Shown here: positions 8,694 to 16,507 of the stretch, one piece after another
Position numbering within the stretch: the stretch's first letter is position 1
Layout: each line of letters opens with the position of its first letter
From: a virus
Taxonomy: Duplodnaviria > Caudoviricetes
IMG/VR virus record: IMGVR_UViG_3300033475_001786
Coordinates: 1-25,039 of that record
Reading direction: 5' to 3' (one strand)
DNA length: 25,039 nucleotides
Made by a program: the position numbers and the translations under genes
The notes under the pieces: model-generated
The model's database searches: none
What the model was told of the DNA's origin: nothing
What the model saw: only the letters and a program-made list of their open reading frames with translations

Positions 8694-9905
8694 TTATGCG
8701 CTCAGGTAGAATATCTCGTTGGCAAATTTGAAGTTTACGGCTGCTTTCATGCGGGCTTTCATGCGTACGACATCGTCGTTGGTGTAAGGCTTCATGTATA
8801 CAGTCGAGAGTTCTGAAGCATCGCCTAAAAGATCGACACCAAGGAATAAGTTTGACGAGCGGGCGCCAAGAATGGTGTTAGCCTGCCAGTGATTCATTAA
8901 TTGTAACGGTACGCCCAGGTAATCCATCTTTTTAGGATCGGTGAAAGCATTTAGCACGTTGGTGGCTTTGTTGGCCTGAGCTTGTGCATAAGCATAGCCT
9001 ACGTGGAAAGGTATCTGCAGGTTGAAATCTTCCTGGCTGCGGTCGGCAGGATCGAGCTGCGAGTAAACGCCACTTAATACACCCAAAACGTTGCTGGCAT
9101 TGATATAGCTTACCGTCGCCGCAGTTGATGTACCGGTAAAGGTTGCAGGCTTGCGTGTATTTACTTCGTTATAATTCCGCACCAATTTGAAGGTAGTTCC
9201 ACCTAATACCTGGATGAAGTATGATTGTCCCTGCACATCAGGCGCGCCGCTTGAACCGTTGGTGGTGTCTTTGCTGGTGCCGGTTACGGCAGTGATGGAC
9301 ACCACATCGCCGTCGGATAGGGTAGTCGTGTCGGACACGGTGACTACGCCTGAAGCGCTGATAGCAGTTGCCGCCATAGATGTTGCTGCTTTGCCCAGGC
9401 CAACTTTATAAACGCCGGACGCTGCAGATATTGTTGGGAGCAGACCCGTAAACGATGCTGTGAAGGCAGCTTCTTTGGTGGCCGATTTGCCCAGCCAGTA
9501 TAGGCGCTCGTTGGCGATCTGTATCTTGGTCAGGTATCGCTGAACCATAAAATCAGACAGGTCGACAACGCCTTCATAGTCCATAAAGGCACCTGGTTTT
9601 AAACTTTGGGCCTCCCATGATTGAACGAGTTTGTCCCATTGTTCCTGCTTCATAAATTCGTACACTACCGGGTCCAGGTAGCTTTCGTTTTGTAAGGCGG
9701 TAGTGCCCTGGTCGGCAAATATGCCGGAAGGGTCCTGAAGAACTACGTCGTCGTCGACGTCAAGAATTACCTTGCGCGATTTGATGTCGTTAATAACAGT
9801 CAGCAGGCCACGTTTCACCGAATCGGCTTCGAGGAGCGTGCTGGCCATAAACCCGGCCAGCGCTTCGCCGGCATAAGTGTTGTTTGTAAATGTAAATTGA
9901 GCCAT
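8694..9905 (-). CDS. Major capsid protein (HK97-fold presumed) with an inserted beta domain
   Basis: 403 aa, directly after the protease/scaffold; TYAGE N-terminus, ERLYWLG..FTGLL, YLGVPL, SNLFLGVDLLGD and VRMKARMKAAVNF resemble Bacteroidota siphovirus capsids. Confidence 0.8.
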   Translation of the reverse strand: MAQFTFTNNTYAGEALAGFMASTLLEADSVKRGLLTVINDIKSRKVILDVDDDVVLQDPSGIFADQGTTALQNESYLDPVVYEFMKQEQWDKLVQSWEAQSLKPGAFMDYEGVVDLSDFMVQRYLTKIQIANERLYWLGKSATKEAAFTASFTGLLPTISAASGVYKVGLGKAATSMAATAISASGVVTVSDTTTLSDGDVVSITAVTGTSKDTTNGSSGAPDVQGQSYFIQVLGGTTFKLVRNYNEVNTRKPATFTGTSTAATVSYINASNVLGVLSGVYSQLDPADRSQEDFNLQIPFHVGYAYAQAQANKATNVLNAFTDPKKMDYLGVPLQLMNHWQANTILGARSSNLFLGVDLLGDASELSTVYMKPYTNDDVVRMKARMKAAVNFKFANEIFYLSA

Positions 9906-9917
9906 GTTTTGTTTGTT

Positions 9918-10013
9918 GTAATGTTGGAAAGTTTTAAAGTTGAATGTTAGATTGTCTAAGGTTGAAACGAGGAAGCATGCGCTTTACAGCATTGCAACCT
10001 TACAACGGTTCAA
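9918..10013. repeat. Degenerate 8-mer repeats (AAGGTTG/AATGTTG/AAAGTTG) with an inverted arm
   Basis: gtaatgttggaaagttttaaagttgaatgttag...aaggttgaaacg versus gcaaccttacaacggttcaac. Confidence 0.65.
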
Positions 10014-11204
10014 CTATTTAGAGATCGCTTTTTTAACTGCGTTTTTTGCAAGCGTAGTTTGCGGGGCGAAAAACGGGGTTGTTTCGGTTTTTGCTTTGCT
10101 GCTGCGGCGTGAGCTTTCGGGTGAGAAATCGGAACGGATCTCGTTTTTCACTTCTTCGCGCGTTTTATCAAGGCGCATATTTGCTGCTTCCAGCGCGGCC
10201 TTTGCCTCTGCAAGTAGGGCGTTTTGGGCGTGCAGTTTTGCTTTGATCGCCCTGACCCTGTTTTGCACATCAGTTTTCTTTTTTGAACCGAAAAGGCTTT
10301 CGGGCAGGTCGTCATCATCGTCGTCGGCACCAGGATCGACAGTAGGCGGGTCCATCTTCTGTACCGTCCCGCTTTTTACGGTAAGCTTTTGACCGGAGGG
10401 TGTAGTGTAGCAGTCGCTTGCTGCTGGGATGCTCATGTCTTCGTCCTGATAAACTTCAGCGCCTTTGTCCAGTTCGCCGGCGTGGTGTAATGTGCCTTTG
10501 TCGGTAATGGTTTGTTTGTTGACAACCTTCTTAAAGAAGTTCATAATCTTATCGAGGACAGACGTTGTCCTTTCGATAAGTTCCTTGTTTTCAATGTTCA
10601 TGTTCGTATTTATGTTTAAGATATTGTTAATGCAGCGTTGATAGATAGCAGGGGCGGTGCTTGTGTACTTTTTGATAATGGCGCTATTTATGACGGGTTC
10701 CTGGTAATTTTCAACCAGGTCGATAAAACCAAGGTCAAGGGCCTGGTCGGCTGTCATCCAGGTGACGGAGTTTATTAAGCTGTTTATAGTGACTTCGTCC
10801 AACCGGGTTTTATCCATATATATCTGGGCCAGGCGCGATTGTACCACATTCAGCATTTGCACATCTTTAAGTAATTCGTCGGCGTTACCTCCCGAGCCGA
10901 CCATCGGTTTATGTATCATTAACAAGGCATATTTACTCATGATGATATTTTCGCCTGCCATAGCGACAATGGAAGCTGCGGAGGCGGCAAGCGCGTCGAT
11001 ATAAGTAGTAACATTGCCGGGATATTTTTTTAGCAAATCGTATATGGCAATGGCATCAAAAGCGCTGCCGCCTGCCGAGCTGATATGCACTTCCACATCC
11101 TGCCCGGCTGCTGCTTCCAACTGGTTTTGTATTTCAACTAATGATAAGGTTCCGGATCCGATGCAGTCGGTATCGGTATCGTATAGATAGATTTTGTAGC
11201 TCAT
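10014..11204 (-). CDS. ClpP-family prohead maturation protease fused to a C-terminal scaffold region
   Basis: ISSAGGSAFD, AASAASIV (Ser), LMIHKP (His), TWMTADQALDLGFID; acidic run and coiled coil at the C-terminus. ATG at 11204 preferred because the ORF-track extension to 11240 runs through a repeat. Confidence 0.9.
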   Translation of the reverse strand: MSYKIYLYDTDTDCIGSGTLSLVEIQNQLEAAAGQDVEVHISSAGGSAFDAIAIYDLLKKYPGNVTTYIDALAASAASIVAMAGENIIMSKYALLMIHKPMVGSGGNADELLKDVQMLNVVQSRLAQIYMDKTRLDEVTINSLINSVTWMTADQALDLGFIDLVENYQEPVINSAIIKKYTSTAPAIYQRCINNILNINTNMNIENKELIERTTSVLDKIMNFFKKVVNKQTITDKGTLHHAGELDKGAEVYQDEDMSIPAASDCYTTPSGQKLTVKSGTVQKMDPPTVDPGADDDDDDLPESLFGSKKKTDVQNRVRAIKAKLHAQNALLAEAKAALEAANMRLDKTREEVKNEIRSDFSPESSRRSSKAKTETTPFFAPQTTLAKNAVKKAISK

Positions 11205-11331
11205 GTTTTTGTTGATTGCACCGATTGTAATATTGATCACACCGATGGATTTGTATTGATTTTTGGTGGGTATTATATCCCGGGGTCAGGAAGATTTTTG
11301 GACTCGAAGTTGTTTGATCCGGGTTGCCGAT

Positions 11332-11389
11332 TTGGTATATTCAAATATCGGGAGAATTGTTTGTTAAAGTGGTGACAGTGTTTTGTCAG
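11332..11389 (-). promoter_or_regulatory. Putative activator-dependent late promoter, copy 1, with TGACA-N6-TGTCA operator
   Basis: Palindrome TGACAgtgtttTGTCA at 11373-11388; minus-strand GATATTTG (11342-11349) is one mismatch from the Bacteroidota -7 consensus TAnnTTTG and points into the protease-capsid genes. Confidence 0.65.
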
Positions 11390-11487
11390 TGCATTGTTTT
11401 GATTGCACCGATTTTATTCGGATTCCACTGATTGCTCACGTAGGTACCAGTTGAGTAATGCTGAAAGGTAAATGATTGTTATGATGA

Positions 11488-11545
11488 TTGGCATATTCAA
11501 ATATCGCGATTGTGTTTTATAGAAGTGGTGGCAGTATTTTGTCAG
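11488..11545 (-). promoter_or_regulatory. Putative late promoter, copy 2 (direct repeat of copy 1, offset 156 bp)
   Basis: TTGGcATATTCAAATATCG and AAGTGGTGgCAGTaTTTTGTCAG are conserved at identical spacing; the sequence between the blocks has diverged. Confidence 0.6.
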
Positions 11546-11601
11546 GGAGGTAAATTTTTTATAGTTCAAAAGTTTTAACTTCGTAATACAACCTAAATCG
11601 T

Positions 11602-12297
11602 ATGAAAGTCATTTCATTATTGTTGTTGTTTTTATTTGTTTTTAATTTTTCTGACACCCAAGCCCAAGACTGTAATTGCCCGAACGATCTTGGTTTTTCG
11701 AGTCCGGGGAAAGCTGATACAGTTTTTCGTCTATCAAACGGAAAATCGATTGCTTTGTGCGGTTATAAGGATACGCAGGTAGCTGAAGGCAGGACGTATT
11801 ATTCGGAATTTGTGCTGACTGTTTGCGGTGAAAAGAGTGCTATCAAATTTTGGGGCGCCACGCTTGAATGCCAATTAAGGGTTCATAGCGATACTTTGCT
11901 TGTTGAAACTATTGACAGCCTTCCCACCGGGAAAAATATGCAATATAAATGGACCGTTTGGACAGTTGAGCGCATTTTTTTCAGGAACGGCAAGGCAACA
12001 AAGGATTTAAGGGTTAACAGGCAAATTCCGAAATATAATGAACAGCAGATACAAGCTGTCCTTAATGAATACCGAAAAGCTATAAAAAAAACGGTGAAGC
12101 CGACCACGGTTAATAATATAAACATGGAGATGGCCGACAGACTGTTTATGAGCGCTTTATCCGGCAGCAAACAAGCCAGGGCTTATTTCAAGGATTTTTA
12201 TAAGCATTTTGGGGGCCTTGACGGGGAGTACGCAGAGTGGTACGATGATTTGATAGTGAAATTAAAAGTATGGGATAGTGCAGTCGTATCAAAATGA
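11602..12297 (+). CDS. Secreted hypothetical protein (antisense insertion)
   Basis: Sec signal peptide MKVISLLLLFLFVFNFSDTQAQ; several Cys; TAACTTCG -7-like element at 11576-11583. Confidence 0.8.
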   Translation: MKVISLLLLFLFVFNFSDTQAQDCNCPNDLGFSSPGKADTVFRLSNGKSIALCGYKDTQVAEGRTYYSEFVLTVCGEKSAIKFWGATLECQLRVHSDTLLVETIDSLPTGKNMQYKWTVWTVERIFFRNGKATKDLRVNRQIPKYNEQQIQAVLNEYRKAIKKTVKPTTVNNINMEMADRLFMSALSGSKQARAYFKDFYKHFGGLDGEYAEWYDDLIVKLKVWDSAVVSK

Positions 12298-12309
12298 CAC
12301 AAATCTATT

Positions 12310-12540
12310 TTATTCCTCAAAACAATTTAACGCCCGCCACACCGTCCGCTCATCGCGGTTGAATTTACCGGCGGCTTCGAGTACTGCCTGGTGCTTGGTG
12401 ATGGAACGGGTTTTTATTTGAGCATGCACCCATAAATACATTTCGCGATAGATGAAGATTTTATTGGTAATAAAACCGCCTTTATACATAGCAGAGAATA
12501 TGCCGTTGTCAAACAGCGTATTTGCGAGTTCGATAGTCAT
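12310..12540 (-). CDS. Small HTH DNA-binding protein, candidate late-gene activator (Mor/C-like C-terminus)
   Basis: 76 aa ending AVLEAAGKFNRDERTVWRAL, a helix-turn-recognition-helix pattern; last cluster-strand gene before the duplicated promoter. Confidence 0.65.
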   Translation of the reverse strand: MTIELANTLFDNGIFSAMYKGGFITNKIFIYREMYLWVHAQIKTRSITKHQAVLEAAGKFNRDERTVWRALNCFEE

Positions 12541-12599
12541 ATAGATAATTTGATAGGGATTGATTACGTTTTTTGTCGACTGTGAACGGTATTGAAATA

Positions 12600-14900
12600 T
12601 TATAAATTGACCCTGTTTACCGTTTGGGCAAGGATATTCTGTTGGTTGTTGATGTCCTTTACGTCGACATATACAGGCGGAAAATTGTTGATCATCTGGT
12701 AGGCAATAGTGTTAGCCAGGTTTTTTTGATCGGTAACAGGTTGGTTGTAATAGCGGTTAGCGTTGCCGCCGTCAGTAAAAATGCCGCCGATAGCGTAACC
12801 ACGTGATGGATTTGATATGGAAAAGTCGCGGCCCCCGTAGGCTACATTGATGGCACTGACGAGGTTGCGTGCCCATGGGTCGCGCATGGCTTCGGAAACA
12901 ACTACGGCTTCACCCGAACGCAGGTAAGCATTCGTATTATCCGTGCGGCTATAACCGGGCAGTACGGCGCCTTTACCATCGGACTGGAAATATCCACCTT
13001 TGGCCATAGCCGGCGGCTTTTGCTTTGCAATTGTGGCTATCTGTACGGCGGTTTGTGCGATTATGCCTGGTATTACCAGCGCACCTAATACACCTGTTTG
13101 AGCCTCGGCTTTAGTAATCGCAATTGCCCCGTTGATAATAGCTTGAGCTATAGATGCTTTTTGTTCGGCTTTAAAAGCCTTTAGTTTTACAGCGTCCTCC
13201 TGCTTTTTATATTTAGCTTCGATAGCTTGTTTTTGTACAGAGGTAAGGCTGGTGTTACTTAGTTCCTTCGCTTTGTCGCTTTCCAACGATTTTATCTTTG
13301 CATCGCTACGCGACTGCAGGCCCTTACTTAGTATCGAAAATGCCGTATCCGAAACTTTTTGGGTAGTTTGGATCTCGAAGTCGGCGCGATCCTGTATAGC
13401 TTTTATTTCTTCGGCCGTTCGTTGTTTGATGTAAGGAGTTACAATATCCTTAGCTACAACAGGGATTTCCGCAAGCTTGTTTTCGATGTCTTTTATGCCC
13501 ATTGAACTTGCGACCAACTCTTTTTGTGCTTCCTGCGTTTTTGTGGCATCTTGTTTTACATAGGAATCGATGATATTTGAAATATTAGATCGATGTTCAG
13601 ATTCAAGTTTTTCAACCTCGGCATGATATTGTTCCAGGCTGATATATTTATCATTTAATAGTTTATCTAATCTTTGTTTTTCATCGTTGTAATGTTGATT
13701 CTCCTCAACTGCTTGTTTTGCATAGGCATCATTCGTTGCTTGCAACCGCTTTATTAAAGCTTCCTGCTGTTTTTTTGTAACAATGCCGATGGCCTTAATT
13801 TGGTGGGAACTTGCGTTCCGGGTAACACCGACAATTTTTGCACCGTATTTCTCGGTATCTTTGATGATATTTTTTACTAATGCGGCGTTTTGACCGTCGA
13901 GGAGTTTTGAATCAGTTTTAATGTCAGCTATTTGTTTGTTTAGTTCACCTATTTTACTTTTTATGTTATCGAGGTTGCTCGTATATTCAACTACGTTATT
14001 GTCAATACCGTCACGCCCGGATCCATCGTAACTACCACGGTCCTTCAGATATTTTTTATATGCTGCCTGTGTCAGATCAAGTTCCCGCTGATATTCTTTT
14101 AATTGCGCGGTAACTTTAGTGGTAGTGGTGTCATTACCTAATTGCCGCTGACTGTTTTTTACCATAATATTTTCGGCAGCGCGGGCCCTGGACGAAGCTA
14201 TAATTGATGCAGCCAAATTATTATATGCATTTGAAGCCTTTCCAGTCATTATGCTCTCATCGGATAAGTTTTTAAAGTAATCCGGATATTGGGTTTTTAG
14301 TTCAGAAACTATTGCTTTCCGCTGCCGCAATGATAAATTCTGATCTTGTGTGGCCGTGTAAAGGATTTTGAGGTGAACCAACTCTTCTTGTGCATTGGCA
14401 TTTCCTTCGTCCTTTGCGTGGTTTACCGCTTCCATTATAATTTTGTTGTCTTTAAGAGTTTTATTAAAAGCAGAAAGCGTCGTTTCGCCCTGGATAAGCT
14501 TTCCAATCCAGTCTGCTATTGCTGAACCATACGTTACTATTACCGATAACGCTGCAGCAATAGCTGTTACCCATCCCCCGGTGACAAGTTCTGTAGCTTC
14601 GACGGCTTCATTTAGTGTTGAAAAAGTCTCCGCCAGTTCCACCACTTGCTTTTTATTCTTTTCACCGGTTGAGCTAAATTCCTTATTTTGCTTAGTTAAG
14701 TCAACGATTGAATCTGTGTATTTTGATATCTCCTTATCAAGGGAATTGATATTTTTTGAAAGATCACCAATAGGTTTGCCCAGGTTCGTAATGGATGTAC
14801 GCAAGTTATCAAACGATACTTTATATTGGTCGACTTGCCGTTGTGCATCGGTGTTTACCTGTACATCTATGGATATTTTTTTAGATATGTCGTATGCCAT
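12600..14900 (-). CDS. Tail tape measure protein
   Basis: 766 aa, coiled-coil; central hydrophobic segment (WVTAIAAALSVIV), LKTQYPDYFKNLSDE motif, Ala-rich AIINGAIAITKA block, then AKGG...GEAVV and YAIGG C-terminal motifs. Confidence 0.9.
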   Translation of the reverse strand: MAYDISKKISIDVQVNTDAQRQVDQYKVSFDNLRTSITNLGKPIGDLSKNINSLDKEISKYTDSIVDLTKQNKEFSSTGEKNKKQVVELAETFSTLNEAVEATELVTGGWVTAIAAALSVIVTYGSAIADWIGKLIQGETTLSAFNKTLKDNKIIMEAVNHAKDEGNANAQEELVHLKILYTATQDQNLSLRQRKAIVSELKTQYPDYFKNLSDESIMTGKASNAYNNLAASIIASSRARAAENIMVKNSQRQLGNDTTTTKVTAQLKEYQRELDLTQAAYKKYLKDRGSYDGSGRDGIDNNVVEYTSNLDNIKSKIGELNKQIADIKTDSKLLDGQNAALVKNIIKDTEKYGAKIVGVTRNASSHQIKAIGIVTKKQQEALIKRLQATNDAYAKQAVEENQHYNDEKQRLDKLLNDKYISLEQYHAEVEKLESEHRSNISNIIDSYVKQDATKTQEAQKELVASSMGIKDIENKLAEIPVVAKDIVTPYIKQRTAEEIKAIQDRADFEIQTTQKVSDTAFSILSKGLQSRSDAKIKSLESDKAKELSNTSLTSVQKQAIEAKYKKQEDAVKLKAFKAEQKASIAQAIINGAIAITKAEAQTGVLGALVIPGIIAQTAVQIATIAKQKPPAMAKGGYFQSDGKGAVLPGYSRTDNTNAYLRSGEAVVVSEAMRDPWARNLVSAINVAYGGRDFSISNPSRGYAIGGIFTDGGNANRYYNQPVTDQKNLANTIAYQMINNFPPVYVDVKDINNQQNILAQTVNRVNL

Positions 14901-15060
14901 AATTTAATTTGATTGTTGATTTGAAGTGATTCTGTTTTTTGGAAAAAGGAGTGTAAATAGATGTTTATATGCTAACCGGCCTAATTGTTCATTTTTTTGG
15001 GCATGTGAAAAATATTAGCCAGTTTTACATGCAACACAAATTAAAACAACTGACAGCCTT

Positions 15061-15723
15061 ATGAAAAAGATCGCTTTGTTTCTATCATTATTAACAGCGA
15101 TTGGATGTAGTCATCCGAAGCCTGAAGAAAAATCTACTGAAAGCATATCAAATGAAGCTGTTAAAGAAGCTGTAAGATCAGAAGATACGTTGCAATCAAT
15201 CATTAATGCCAATATTCGAAAGCAGCCTTTAATCGATACTATTTTTCTTGGGTTTACTTTTAATATGACAAAAAAGGAGATGATGGCGCATTTTAACCAT
15301 CTAATAAAAGAGAAAAAGTTAGTTTTCAATGAAGAAGATCAGCGATATGAATATCTGCTTGCATTAGGTTTGACGAAAGCTTATGCCAGTATTGCTCCTG
15401 AATTCCAAAACAATAAGCTATATAAGTTGACCTTAATTGTCGCTCCGGCTGATAATATTACAACCGAAGAACTGGTTTATCAGCAAACGGCTCTTTTGTA
15501 TATGAAAAAATATACGGGTTTTGATATTTTCAGGGAACCTGATCTGATAAATACAAGTGACATGCAATATCACTGGATAAAAAATAATTTACATATTTAT
15601 CAACACAAAAATGTTGAAGGTACTATTGTAAGTTACATCAATATGCCTGTGGAGCAATCACTTAATAAAAAGGGAAAAATTGATGCCGACAGTGCAAAAT
15701 TAAGCACCCAAAAAGATATTTGA
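15061..15723 (+). CDS. Hypothetical lipoprotein (antisense insertion)
   Basis: MKKIALFLSLLTAIGC lipobox; AT-rich. Confidence 0.8.
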   Translation: MKKIALFLSLLTAIGCSHPKPEEKSTESISNEAVKEAVRSEDTLQSIINANIRKQPLIDTIFLGFTFNMTKKEMMAHFNHLIKEKKLVFNEEDQRYEYLLALGLTKAYASIAPEFQNNKLYKLTLIVAPADNITTEELVYQQTALLYMKKYTGFDIFREPDLINTSDMQYHWIKNNLHIYQHKNVEGTIVSYINMPVEQSLNKKGKIDADSAKLSTQKDI

Positions 15724-15788
15724 TTTTGGTTTAGCAGTTAAGACAATCGAACTCAGTAAGAGAAATAGATTTAGTATACGGATCAAAT

Positions 15789-16349
15789 TTATTGAGGAGC
15801 GTTGGCCTGTTCCGCTACATTACTATCCTGAAACGTAAGCATGATAACATATGCATCAGGTACGATTTTGATTTGAATAGCGTTACTTTTGTCGACCCAA
15901 AGAGTTTCAACATCGGCATTGCCGGTTCTTATCGCTTCAGCCTCATTTCCGTCACCATCGGTATAAGGTGACTTAAAATCCCGTGTAGATTTACCTTCTC
16001 CGTAAACTTTATTCAGGCTATTTACAATATCGTTATAATAGGAAATGGTTTTTGCTCCGGTGTCAACACGAAAAATGAAACCTATTTCATAAACTTTTCC
16101 GTGAAACAGCTTTACCGCAGCCAGTTCAGACGTAAAATGTTCAAATCTTACATTTGTAAAATGTAATGATTTAGGGTAATTACTACCAGCAATATCGAAT
16201 TTTCCACCCCTTGCAGTTATTATATTTTTAGCTTTTAAGCCAACATCGCCAAACTTTATTCCTATTGCACCGTCAATTGGCTTAATGGTTTGTGTGAAAC
16301 CGAGTAGTGGTAATAAAAATAATAATGTGGTAAATAATCTTCTTTTCAT
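15789..16349 (-). CDS. Secreted hypothetical protein (insertion)
   Basis: Signal peptide MKRRLFTTLLFLLPLLGFTQ from ATG at 16349 (ORF-track start at 16412 is unlikely); AT-rich; convergent with the lipoprotein gene. Confidence 0.8.
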   Translation of the reverse strand: MKRRLFTTLLFLLPLLGFTQTIKPIDGAIGIKFGDVGLKAKNIITARGGKFDIAGSNYPKSLHFTNVRFEHFTSELAAVKLFHGKVYEIGFIFRVDTGAKTISYYNDIVNSLNKVYGEGKSTRDFKSPYTDGDGNEAEAIRTGNADVETLWVDKSNAIQIKIVPDAYVIMLTFQDSNVAEQANAPQ

Positions 16350-16507
16350 TTGGTTAGGATTTAGGTTGCTAATTTTTTTAGTAAAAATAAAAATTAAAAT
16401 GATTGCTTGCAAATTTTTTTGATTTTTATCTAAGCTTCGTTAATCCAACCCCTCAATGAAGTTATTTACACGCACTTAGATTCGGGCCAAAGGCAACGAC
16501 TTTAGAC

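Noticed and set aside
3819-10392. Many + strand and alternative-frame ORFs (e.g. 4701-5042, 5857-6240, 6742-7074, 9940-10392)
   Set aside because: They overlap well-supported structural genes and have shadow-frame composition.
10014-11204. Housekeeping clpP
   Set aside because: Long scaffold-like C-terminal extension and position before the capsid gene indicate a phage head protease, so no gene symbol was assigned.
11332-11545. Direct repeat as att sites or transposon ends
   Set aside because: Two conserved blocks with a diverged spacer only 156 bp apart and no recombinase; a promoter/operator fits better.
14395-14907. 170-aa + strand ORF
   Set aside because: Ser/Phe-rich antisense shadow of the tape measure gene.
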